Positions 1 through 7,660 of a stretch of DNA of 37,611 nucleotides are shown here, piece after piece. Source of the stretch: an uncultured Candidatus Berkelbacteria bacterium (GTDB lineage Bacteria; Patescibacteriota; UBA1384; UBA12157; JAENIV01); the NCBI GenBank assembly GCA_963698075.1, contig OY969116.1, positions 149,881 through 187,491 of the forward strand, given 5' to 3'. The position numbers and the translations under genes were made by a program. The notes beneath the pieces are model-generated. The model was not told the DNA's origin and ran no database searches. It saw only the letters and a program-made list of their open reading frames with translations. Positions within the stretch are counted from its first letter, which is position 1, and the number at the start of each line of letters is the position of its first letter.

Positions 1-1891
1 TGCCGCAAGTAGCATTATCTGATGATGAATTTAAATTCGTTGAGTTATTTTCCGGCACCGCCGTATTGTCCTTATTCGGCTCCCATCTTAGACACAGACT
101 AATGCCAATTAAAATAACGATCAACAGGGCGAGGATTATGACAACAATTTTGCTAATCGGCCTTTGCCGTTTTTTAAAAACAATAATATAGCCCAAAAGA
201 AGAATCGCCAAAATTGCCGCACCAGTTACGCTGGCCCAAAAAGGCCACGATGTTTCAGAGGTCGTATTTTTTGGCGCGGACACATTTGACTTGCTTTGCG
301 GTTTTGGCTCAATCACTTTGTCGCAAGGAAAAGTTTTAGTTTGGTCTAAGTCTAAAATTGTATCGAAAAAGTAGACGGCGCCGCTGGTACTAGCGGCGAC
401 AAATTTGCCGTTTGAGGAAATATCAATTTCGCCGACATATTCGTTAAGAGTAAATTCCGATTTTGGCTTGTCGGACCCTTTATCGAAAATCCGCACTTTT
501 TTATCGGTTGAGCCGGTGGCAAAAAACGAACCATCGTCGGCTAAATCGAAAGCGCCAATCGTTGTATTGATGTTAAATTGCTGAATCGGGGTTGAAGAAC
601 TATTATTAAAAATTAAAACGTCGCCGCCGAAAGTGCCGGCGCCAATTTCAGCGCCGTCTGGAGTAATCGAAAGTGCTCGGACGGTTCTTTTTTGCGGCGT
701 ATCAAATTTAAAAACTACTTTTTTAGAATCTTTGTCCATCAAAACTACCGCGCCGTAGCCCGATTCAACGCCAAAGGCGGCTAATCTTCCATCAGCGGAA
801 ATACGGGCTTCGTCAACCGGTGATTCAACTGATAAGTTTTCCGAAATTATGGGCGTATTGGAATCGACCGAAAATAAATATCCTTTTCTATCGGGACAAC
901 CAGTTGAGCCGGCAAGAAAGTTTCCGTCTTCGGAAAAATTAACATCGTGCCAATTTCCGGTTGAATGGTACTGCCACAATTTTTTACCGCCGCTATCAAA
1001 AACTAATAAAACGTTGGAATTTTCATCGGTTTCTGAACCGGCCATGGCCACCGCCGCATAAGCGCCGTTTTTTGAAATATCAACGGCGTAGGCGTTGCCG
1101 CCATTTTGGGCTAAATTATATTTCCAAATTGGGTTGTTAGAATTTTTGGAAAACATCAAGGCTTGGCTGCCTAAAGCGGCAAAAATTTTACTGCCATCAG
1201 CGGAAATGGCCACCCCGCCTTTAACGTCGCCACCGATTTGGTTTTGGGCTGGGCTTTTATATTCCCAAATCGGTTTATTCTTGGCGGTATCAAATAAATA
1301 GACATGGTTCGAAGTCTCGGCCGCTAAATATTTACCGTCAGAAGAAAACGTCACCGCTCCAACCCATTCTTCGCCGGTTTCGTATCGCCAAACTTCTTTA
1401 CCGCTGACCGGGTCTATCAAAATTATTTCGTTCTTTAAAAAATCGGAATCAAAAAGGACAGGTCCGTTGTCGGGAGAATCAATGATCGAATCCCGTGTTT
1501 TGCCAAGTCCGTTTGAGGCTTCAAAATAATAGAAATTGGAGCCGAATTTATTGGGAACATTTTTATAAATGTATTTGACCCCATTTTTATAGTCACTGGC
1601 GTTCGGATCCTCCTTCTCCATATCAATCATCTTGCCGTTAAAATATATTTTAACATATTCCGGCGGCCTTCCCTCTTTATCCGAATAAATTACCGAGTAC
1701 GTGTATCTTTGACAAACCGGTCCCCAAAATGGATATACCTGACCTTCTTGGAGGACCGGATCGTTGGGTGTCGTCGGCAATTTAGGAATTACGCCCGAGG
1801 GCAAATCTTCGGCTTTAGCCGCCAGAGCGAACACGAAAAATAACATTATAAATAGAACGTAATAAAACCAGGGCTTAAGGTATTTTTTCAT
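1..1891 (-). CDS. Secreted, membrane-anchored WD40/PQQ-like beta-propeller protein (3' partial, >=630 aa)
   Basis: Absent from the ORF track because it runs off the window edge. ATG at 1891 with SD AGGAGG. Manual translation gives a signal peptide (MKKYLKPWFYYVLFIMLFFVFALAAKA), a beta-rich domain ending YYFEASNG, repeated blades (W-x-Y ... V-x-I/F-S-x-D-G), two hydrophobic helices near the end, and an open frame at base 1. Confidence 0.85.
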   Translation of the reverse strand, partial: MKKYLKPWFYYVLFIMLFFVFALAAKAEDLPSGVIPKLPTTPNDPVLQEGQVYPFWGPVCQRYTYSVIYSDKEGRPPEYVKIYFNGKMIDMEKEDPNASDYKNGVKYIYKNVPNKFGSNFYYFEASNGLGKTRDSIIDSPDNGPVLFDSDFLKNEIILIDPVSGKEVWRYETGEEWVGAVTFSSDGKYLAAETSNHVYLFDTAKNKPIWEYKSPAQNQIGGDVKGGVAISADGSKIFAALGSQALMFSKNSNNPIWKYNLAQNGGNAYAVDISKNGAYAAVAMAGSETDENSNVLLVFDSGGKKLWQYHSTGNWHDVNFSEDGNFLAGSTGCPDRKGYLFSVDSNTPIISENLSVESPVDEARISADGRLAAFGVESGYGAVVLMDKDSKKVVFKFDTPQKRTVRALSITPDGAEIGAGTFGGDVLIFNNSSSTPIQQFNINTTIGAFDLADDGSFFATGSTDKKVRIFDKGSDKPKSEFTLNEYVGEIDISSNGKFVAASTSGAVYFFDTILDLDQTKTFPCDKVIEPKPQSKSNVSAPKNTTSETSWPFWASVTGAAILAILLLGYIIVFKKRQRPISKIVVIILALLIVILIGISLCLRWEPNKDNTAVPENNSTNLNSSSDNATCG

Positions 1892-1913
1892 CGCCCTCCT
1901 TATCTTTCCTTTT

Positions 1914-2141
1914 TTATTCTACTCCTAACTTAGCGCTCTTGTAAACCCTTAACGGCTCAAGAGGTGAGCCGTTAAAAGAGTTAGGACTTTTGATAAAAGT
2001 GTATTTACCGGTTTCGCCTTGTTGTTTGATCATACCTTCTTTTTCGAGTTCTTCTAAATAGCGAGTGGCGGTAATTATTCTTGGTTTGCCACCAAAAACA
2101 ATCGCGGAAATTAAAACATTAGTATCCAAAACAACTTTCAT
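1914..2141 (-). pseudogene. Chimeric remnant: PIN toxin N-terminus fused to a winged-HTH C-terminus
   Basis: MKVVLDTNVLISAIVFGGKPR is a typical PIN-toxin start. It switches abruptly to TATRYLEELEKEGMIKQQGETGKYTF (wHTH recognition helix and wing). Too short to hold either domain. Confidence 0.7.
1949..1975. repeat. Palindrome TTAACGGCTCA-agagg-TGAGCCGTTAA (copy 1)
   Basis: Perfect 11-bp inverted repeat; the same AACGGCTCA/TGAGCCGTT arms recur at 11447-11470. Confidence 0.8.
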
Positions 2142-2290
2142 TTTCTCATACGAAATTCAGAAATTTTCTGGTTGAGATTTTGTGGGCTAATTTTCTGTCT
2201 TTTTGCTTGTCTTGAACCATAACTATAAATAAGACTTAAATTTTGTCGAGTCATAAGATAACGCCGCAGAGCTTCTCGGAAGAGCTCGCT
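2138..2290 (-). pseudogene. 5'-truncated ribbon-helix-helix (CopG-like) antitoxin
   Basis: Manual translation SELFREALRRYLMTRQNLSLIYSYGSRQAKRQKISPQNLNQKISEFRMRK*. Its stop overlaps the PIN ATG (ATGA). In-frame TGA TGA lies directly upstream, so the RHH N-terminus is missing. Confidence 0.7.
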
Positions 2291-2314
2291 TCATCATCCC
2301 AGTTGCAAACTGTC

Positions 2315-2344
2315 GTGGGGACTTGGTTAACACCGAGCCCCCAC
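2315..2344. terminator. GC-rich hairpin, probable terminator
   Basis: GTGGGGACTTGGT-taac-ACCGAGCCCCCAC, an imperfect 13-bp stem just past the stop of 2357..2893; the T-rich flank is on the + strand. Confidence 0.5.
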
Positions 2345-2356
2345 TTTCGTTTTATT

Positions 2357-2893
2357 TTAGTTCTTTGTTAAATCAAATTTAAATAATTTTACTGGAAGGC
2401 CTTTGGTGCGGGCTTTGGCGACGGTATCGGCGGTGCCTTCTCCAGCGCTTTTATCGGTTTTTACTTGAAAAGCAACCAATTCGTCGGAGGCTGCGACAAT
2501 GTCCGAATTTCTTTTGTAGTACATTTGTTTTTTTGTTTCTTCGGTAAAATTAGCATTCGAATCCTCGACCAAGGCGCCGGGGTTGATTTTTTTCAAATTG
2601 GTTAATTGTTTAATCAGATTTTCCGCCTGGTCTTTGATGATCGTTCCCATTTTGGCGTGTTTCCGATAATGGGCGCAATATTTTTCAAGCGTTGTTGGCA
2701 GTAAGATTTTAATTCTTTTTGCTTTCGGATCGTGTTTTAAGGCTTCATCTAAAGCAATTGAGTCAACACCCAAAGCACCACCAGAAACAATACCATCTCC
2801 TCGCTTAATAATTTCACGAATAATGTTTCTTAACTTGTCTTCAATTTCCTTATTGGTTTTCCGCCAACTGCCGCTAATTCCAATCCATTTCAT
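2357..2893 (-). CDS. SLOG superfamily (DprA/Smf-LOG-like) protein
   Basis: IGISGS, IVSGGALGVD, RNSDIVAASDELVAF and GTADT motifs of the SLOG Rossmannoid fold. Confidence 0.8.
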   Translation of the reverse strand: MKWIGISGSWRKTNKEIEDKLRNIIREIIKRGDGIVSGGALGVDSIALDEALKHDPKAKRIKILLPTTLEKYCAHYRKHAKMGTIIKDQAENLIKQLTNLKKINPGALVEDSNANFTEETKKQMYYKRNSDIVAASDELVAFQVKTDKSAGEGTADTVAKARTKGLPVKLFKFDLTKN

Positions 2894-2899
2894 AAGTAC

Positions 2900-2908
2900 A
2901 TTATATCA
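2900..2908 (-). promoter_or_regulatory. Extended -10 promoter (TGATATAAT), probably leaderless
   Basis: TGnTATAAT lies 6 nt before the ATG at 2893; no SD. Confidence 0.6.
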
Positions 2909-3232
2909 TTGTCTTACACTATTAACTGACTATTCCAATATTCTGCAGAATATGTAAATAGTTTGTATAAACTCTGTGTTAAAAAGTTTCGCTGGAGCGG
3001 AAAGTATTTAAGAAATGATTTTTTATTTATAGCGATTGTCGAACTATCGAAGTCTCAACTTTTATCTTTGGATTTTTATTACGATTTATTGCTAATATGA
3101 TAATGTCCTTATGAACTATTCTTAAATTCTTAAGAATTTAATCAATGTCGTTAAGAAAATTTATAGATTCAGCCTTTCATTCATTGATTTTTGCAAAACC
3201 GAACGAAAAGTTCTAAAATTTCCCCTCGCTTG

Positions 3233-3263
3233 CCACTCCGTAGCTCAAAAGAGCGTAGGGTGG
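3233..3263. repeat. REP-like bulged palindrome (GCTACGG type)
   Basis: Minus strand CCACCC-TAC-GCTC-TTTT-GAGC-TAC-GGAGTGG; same architecture as the element inside nusA. Confidence 0.6.
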
Positions 3264-3275
3264 ATGATTTTTAGT

Positions 3276-3608
3276 TCAATACATCTTTTTGCCAAGTGGG
3301 ACGTTTTGTTCCGGTATGGCCAGCACAACTACGCCATTCTCGTTTTCAAAACCAAGAGTTAAAACCTCGGACATATAGTTACCGATTTTTTTGGGTTCAA
3401 AGTTCACCACACCCATCACCAGCCGGTTAAGTAAATCTTGTTTGGAATAGTTTTTGGTGTATTGACCAACCGATACCTTTTTCCCAATATCATCACCAAA
3501 ATCAATCGTCATTTTGTACGCAGGTTTTTTAAGACCAACAGTTTCTTCCACTTTTATAATCTTGCCAACCCTGATATCGACTTTTTCAAAATCTTCATAC
3601 TTAATCAT
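3276..3608 (-). CDS. csaA: tRNA-binding OB-fold protein / chaperone CsaA
   Basis: DFEKVDIRVGKII, KPAYKMTIDFG and VVNFEPKKIGNYMSEVLTLG motifs; 110 aa. Confidence 0.9.
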   Translation of the reverse strand: MIKYEDFEKVDIRVGKIIKVEETVGLKKPAYKMTIDFGDDIGKKVSVGQYTKNYSKQDLLNRLVMGVVNFEPKKIGNYMSEVLTLGFENENGVVVLAIPEQNVPLGKKMY

Positions 3609-3654
3609 TTTTCCTCTCGATGATTTTTTTTGAATTTAAAAATATGTTACTTTG

Positions 3655-3921
3655 CTAGTAAATTTTTATCAAAACATAAACCCATATGAAAATTAATATG
3701 CACTGAAAAACAATATTAATGTATTTAATTTTACCTTTTATAAAATAGTCAAATGTATTACCCAATAGATGAGCAACAATTCCGTAAACAAATGTTATAA
3801 AACCATAATAAATAAAATAATCGTTATAAATTAAACTAAAAATCGAAAATACCGCACCAGTCAGAGCAACATTTAACATCCAGGTGAGTTTATTGAGATT
3901 TACTAATTTATTAAAATCCAT
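3655..3921 (-). CDS. Small membrane protein (88 aa, about 3 TM)
   Basis: Start moved to ATG 3921 (MDFNKL...), which has an SD-like GGTGGTGAG and follows the stop of the upstream gene; hydrophobic segments. Confidence 0.65.
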   Translation of the reverse strand: MDFNKLVNLNKLTWMLNVALTGAVFSIFSLIYNDYFIYYGFITFVYGIVAHLLGNTFDYFIKGKIKYINIVFQCILIFIWVYVLIKIY

Positions 3922-3922
3922 T

Positions 3923-4087
3923 TTACTCACCACCTTCCTTGTCCTCGCTATCGCAACATTCATAATATTTGCCACATTTTTTGCAGTACCAGCAACGGCC
4001 TGAAGCGCCTTTGGGCTTTCCAGCACCAACAGCAGCTTCCGGACGCTGTTTGCAAACCATGGGGCAACCATGTTTTGGACAGTCCAT
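3923..4087 (-). CDS. Small Cys-rich Zn-ribbon-like protein (54 aa)
   Basis: ATG 4087 with SD AGGAGGTGAG; CPKH ... WYCKKC knuckle pairs; 8 Cys. Confidence 0.65.
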   Translation of the reverse strand: MDCPKHGCPMVCKQRPEAAVGAGKPKGASGRCWYCKKCGKYYECCDSEDKEGGE

Positions 4088-4138
4088 TTTACTCACCTCC
4101 TTGCTCAATCATTTCCTCGACTTTTATTTTTGCTTGTT

Positions 4139-4630
4139 CTAAAAGTTCTTTGGATTTTTGCCGGGCGGCGTGGGACTGACGAACCAAATCGGCGATTTTT
4201 TAGTTCGTTTGATTAGTCTCTCAAGAAAAGCCCCCGTTTTATCATTTATTTCACGAATATCTCCCGCAGACTTCTCACCTTTATCTATTATCTTGTAAAA
4301 GTCTTTGGAATGAAACTCACCCTTTATGTGGAAGACAGCATTTCTGAAGCAACCCAACATGTTATAATATTTATCTATTTTTTCTTGAATATCCGGGATT
4401 TTTATATTCCATTTGTGAAGCGCTTCTATAATTTCGAAAAGCAAAGCATACCAAAGAGCCATATACATAAATGTATCGGAAACGTACCAATTGTTATCAA
4501 TATACTTTGGTACGCCTTCTTTTGTTAAGGCTTCTCCAAATTGCCATTTCATTTTATCTGCCCAGACAAAATGGCGGCTGAGAGACAAAATTTTCTCTTC
4601 ATATTTACTCATTCTTTGGTTTTTAGTCAT
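4139..4630 (-). CDS. Putative HEPN-domain protein (RNase-like)
   Basis: Helical-looking 163-aa protein with R-N-A-V-F-H (Rx4H) in the C-terminal half. Confidence 0.55.
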   Translation of the reverse strand: MTKNQRMSKYEEKILSLSRHFVWADKMKWQFGEALTKEGVPKYIDNNWYVSDTFMYMALWYALLFEIIEALHKWNIKIPDIQEKIDKYYNMLGCFRNAVFHIKGEFHSKDFYKIIDKGEKSAGDIREINDKTGAFLERLIKRTKKSPIWFVSPTPPGKNPKNF

Positions 4631-4679
4631 GGACAGCTTCTTAATGTTTACCCTGTCTAAATTTTGGCGGTTATTTTAA

Positions 4680-5282
4680 TCATAAAATTCTTCTCAGGAG
4701 ATTTAGTCCCATAATTAACGAAAACAATGATAATATTATTACGATAACCAATGTGAATCGACTAAATAAATTATTTACTATTATATTATCTGTCCAGGAG
4801 AGAAAAAACAAAGACAGATACACAATAAACACAGTATACGTGGCAAAATAAATAACATTTTTCTTAATTTCTTTTTCTTTATCTAATAAGTTTCCGAATT
4901 TTTTATTGACCGCTTGCATAATAGATAATTCTCCGGAACTACCGGGGTGTTCTTCCTGACTGATCCTATTACAGTGCATTATAATTTCTTCGCGTGAATA
5001 GCCCTGCGCTCTTAGGCCTCTGAAATATTGGACTGTCATTCTTATTAATTCAACTGTCTTATCGATCTCATTATTTATAACTTGGAGTTTATATATTCCG
5101 ACCATCCCCAATAGTGCAATTAGAGCCATAAACGCCTGGACCACAGTGCTGAAGGTCCAAAATAGGACGTCCTCCGATATTTTTATATCTCTCCACATTG
5201 AGACTGCAATAAAAATTAGAATGATAACAAAGTACACGAGATTCCGCCATTTTAACATTGTCTTGATATTGAATACTTTCAT
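4680..5282 (-). CDS. Hypothetical membrane protein (about 4 TM)
   Basis: Two hydrophobic helices at each end around a soluble segment. Start ATG 5282 or 5291; the ORF-track start overlaps the upstream gene. Confidence 0.7.
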   Translation of the reverse strand: MKVFNIKTMLKWRNLVYFVIILIFIAVSMWRDIKISEDVLFWTFSTVVQAFMALIALLGMVGIYKLQVINNEIDKTVELIRMTVQYFRGLRAQGYSREEIIMHCNRISQEEHPGSSGELSIMQAVNKKFGNLLDKEKEIKKNVIYFATYTVFIVYLSLFFLSWTDNIIVNNLFSRFTLVIVIILSLFSLIMGLNLLRRIL

Positions 5283-5295
5283 AATAATCATTTCC

Positions 5296-5955
5296 TCAAC
5301 TTTTCTTAATATAATATTGTTTAATTGTAGGATTGGGATTTGATAAGAAGTCATCTGAAACAACTAGAGATAAAGTTTTTAGGTCAAATTTTAATGGTTC
5401 GGCTTTGAGTCGGTCATTTATTACAGAAACTATTTTTATCATATTGTTCTCTTCCTTTTTCTCTAAATCTCTAAGGAATCTCATGGCATTGATGGCAAAT
5501 TTATATGGATTTTCTGGAGGAAAACCTTTTACACGAGGATAATCTCTTCTTGTTTTTATTTTGTTGGCCACGCTTTTGGCGAATTGTATAATATCCGGCG
5601 AGGGATAGGCTTCGATGGCGATACTTTTTTCGCCCTTATAAGCACTATTAATAACGATGTTGGCATCTTTAATAATGCTTATTTCTTTATTAATGATTCG
5701 ATCAATCTCTTGAATCAACTTTTGGTGTCTGTGTTTATAATTGGCAATACCACTAGGATCACCAGAAAATTCTTCTGGGGGCAAAAAATCTACTAGAGAA
5801 TGATGAATTGTATTTATTTCTGGTGTTACTATTGAATTTAAATCTAATAAACCCCTTTTTAAAAGGCTTTGTAGCTGGAGTACTTCATTTATGGCGGTAT
5901 AGCTTTGATCCTTGATAATATTTGTTAATGTCAAATGTAAATGATTAGCAATCAT
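5296..5955 (-). CDS. Hypothetical protein
   Basis: 219-aa ORF co-oriented and tightly packed with its neighbours; no motif recognised. Confidence 0.65.
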   Translation of the reverse strand: MIANHLHLTLTNIIKDQSYTAINEVLQLQSLLKRGLLDLNSIVTPEINTIHHSLVDFLPPEEFSGDPSGIANYKHRHQKLIQEIDRIINKEISIIKDANIVINSAYKGEKSIAIEAYPSPDIIQFAKSVANKIKTRRDYPRVKGFPPENPYKFAINAMRFLRDLEKKEENNMIKIVSVINDRLKAEPLKFDLKTLSLVVSDDFLSNPNPTIKQYYIKKS

Positions 5956-6619
5956 GTAGTTTTTCCTGAATTTCTCTTTTGATTTCTTCTTTATCCCCTT
6001 TTTTTATATATGCTTTCTGTATCTCGTATAAATCTTTAGCATTAGGTCTAACTCCACAAAAATAAAATATTATTAGTACTAGGATTATTGAACCTATATA
6101 CACAGAAAATCGTGTAAGATCAGGGCAGTTTAAACCCAATTTATTAGCGAAAAAGAAAACGAATGCAAGATAAGCTGTCATTAAAATAATTATTGTAATA
6201 ATAGCTAAGAAAAAAGTCATTGCAGCGCCCGATCTTCTGCGTGAATACTCTAAAATTCCCTCAGGAACGTTAGGTTTCCACTTACCATCATTGTCATCGT
6301 CTCTTTTGCCGCCATGCCAGAATTTATCAAAAACATTCTGGACTATCCATCTTTTACTAAATGGCACTGAATTAAGGAATTCTTTTGAATAGTCAATAGA
6401 GCAAAAGCCAAATAATTTTCTCCAAATACTTATAAATAATTGCGATAAGAATAATCCTATAATGATTACTATTGCACCCAAGGAAAGATAAAAATTGTAC
6501 TGTAACCTTTCAATACTAAAGAGAAACCGACTATCCGTGAAGGTCCAAATTGCTCCAATCAGCATTACACCAAAAATAGCTCCTGGTAAAGTAATAATTG
6601 GGATTGGTTCACGTTCCAT
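5945..6619 (-). CDS. Hypothetical membrane protein (about 4 TM)
   Basis: SD GAGGTGG; two pairs of hydrophobic helices. Confidence 0.7.
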   Translation of the reverse strand: MEREPIPIITLPGAIFGVMLIGAIWTFTDSRFLFSIERLQYNFYLSLGAIVIIIGLFLSQLFISIWRKLFGFCSIDYSKEFLNSVPFSKRWIVQNVFDKFWHGGKRDDDNDGKWKPNVPEGILEYSRRRSGAAMTFFLAIITIIILMTAYLAFVFFFANKLGLNCPDLTRFSVYIGSIILVLIIFYFCGVRPNAKDLYEIQKAYIKKGDKEEIKREIQEKLHDC

Positions 6620-6670
6620 TATTCCACCTCAATTCTGGATAAATTTTGGTGATTATTTATTTCTGAATTA

Positions 6671-7660
6671 TTAAAATGGAATATCATCTAAATTAATTTC
6701 CTCAAAAGGCTGACCATACATGTGATAAAAAGAAACCAATTCATCTTGATCCAGTAAATTTTCTTTCCTACTAATCAAATTGTGCATAAAATCCCTGACA
6801 TCGTTGTCGTTTCCGACCCAGTAAATCTGACTATTACTGATAGCAGCTCTTAAAATTGTTTTAATTTGTTCGTCGGTAAAATCGCCAAACTTGGAAAGGT
6901 TTAAGATTGCATTATGGGTAGCTGTAAAACACCCACTGTTTACTAGATTATTTATCGCTAACTCTTTCTCGAGCTCAGATGCTAACTTTATGTTTGGAAA
7001 TTTAGAAGCAAAAAATTCGGATAATCTTTGAAAAAAATGAATAGATGAATTAATTTTTTCTTCCCATTCTTCTAATAAAAACTGACACATTTTTGATCGA
7101 TCTATTTCTGATATGTAATCGTTATCGCTAGAAATAAAGTACAATTCTTCACAACTCTTAATATTTTCCAGTAGAGCTTCCCAATTGACCGCATCCCCGT
7201 AAGATCTATTTTTCCCTGGTGGATTTCCTAATTCAAATCTGTCTTTTGCCCTCTGAATAGTAACGCTAGAAACTTTTAACTTACAAGCTGATTCAAAAAG
7301 TTTATTGATAATTTTATCGGCGCCTAAATTTTTATTAATAATGTCTTTATTTAATTGTTTAAGAATCTGACTTTGGGCTGTACCATATTGGTTTAATGCT
7401 TCACAAAGTATTCGATATTCTGAATATTCCTTACAAATCTGTGGAAATCGATTGGGAAGTTTTTGATCTGTAAGTTTTTTTAAAGCGTCTGATATTTTCG
7501 ATTCTCTATTCCTTCTAAACTCTTGGATTACTTGATCTGTGACTAGAAGAATTACCTCTTTATTTTTAATTACTACTAATAATTTTCTTAATTCTTCTAG
7601 GTCATCACTTGTGTAATGATAAAAGGTTAAATAAATATTTGTATCAATAAATAGATTCAT
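6671..7660 (-). CDS. PIN-like domain protein (DUF4935-type)
   Basis: FIDTNIYL, QVIQEFRRNR, GNPPG...GDAVNWEALL and FISSDNDY acidic PIN motifs; ATGA-coupled to the R-M gene. Confidence 0.8.
   Translation of the reverse strand: MNLFIDTNIYLTFYHYTSDDLEELRKLLVVIKNKEVILLVTDQVIQEFRRNRESKISDALKKLTDQKLPNRFPQICKEYSEYRILCEALNQYGTAQSQILKQLNKDIINKNLGADKIINKLFESACKLKVSSVTIQRAKDRFELGNPPGKNRSYGDAVNWEALLENIKSCEELYFISSDNDYISEIDRSKMCQFLLEEWEEKINSSIHFFQRLSEFFASKFPNIKLASELEKELAINNLVNSGCFTATHNAILNLSKFGDFTDEQIKTILRAAISNSQIYWVGNDNDVRDFMHNLISRKENLLDQDELVSFYHMYGQPFEEINLDDIPF

Noticed and set aside
352-1626. Short ORFs 352..534, 849..1061, 1095..1301 and 1435..1626
   Set aside because: Shadows of the long minus-strand propeller gene.
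3922-4071. 138-aa version of the 3655 ORF
   Set aside because: It overlaps the Zn-ribbon gene; ATG 3921 has its own SD-like context.
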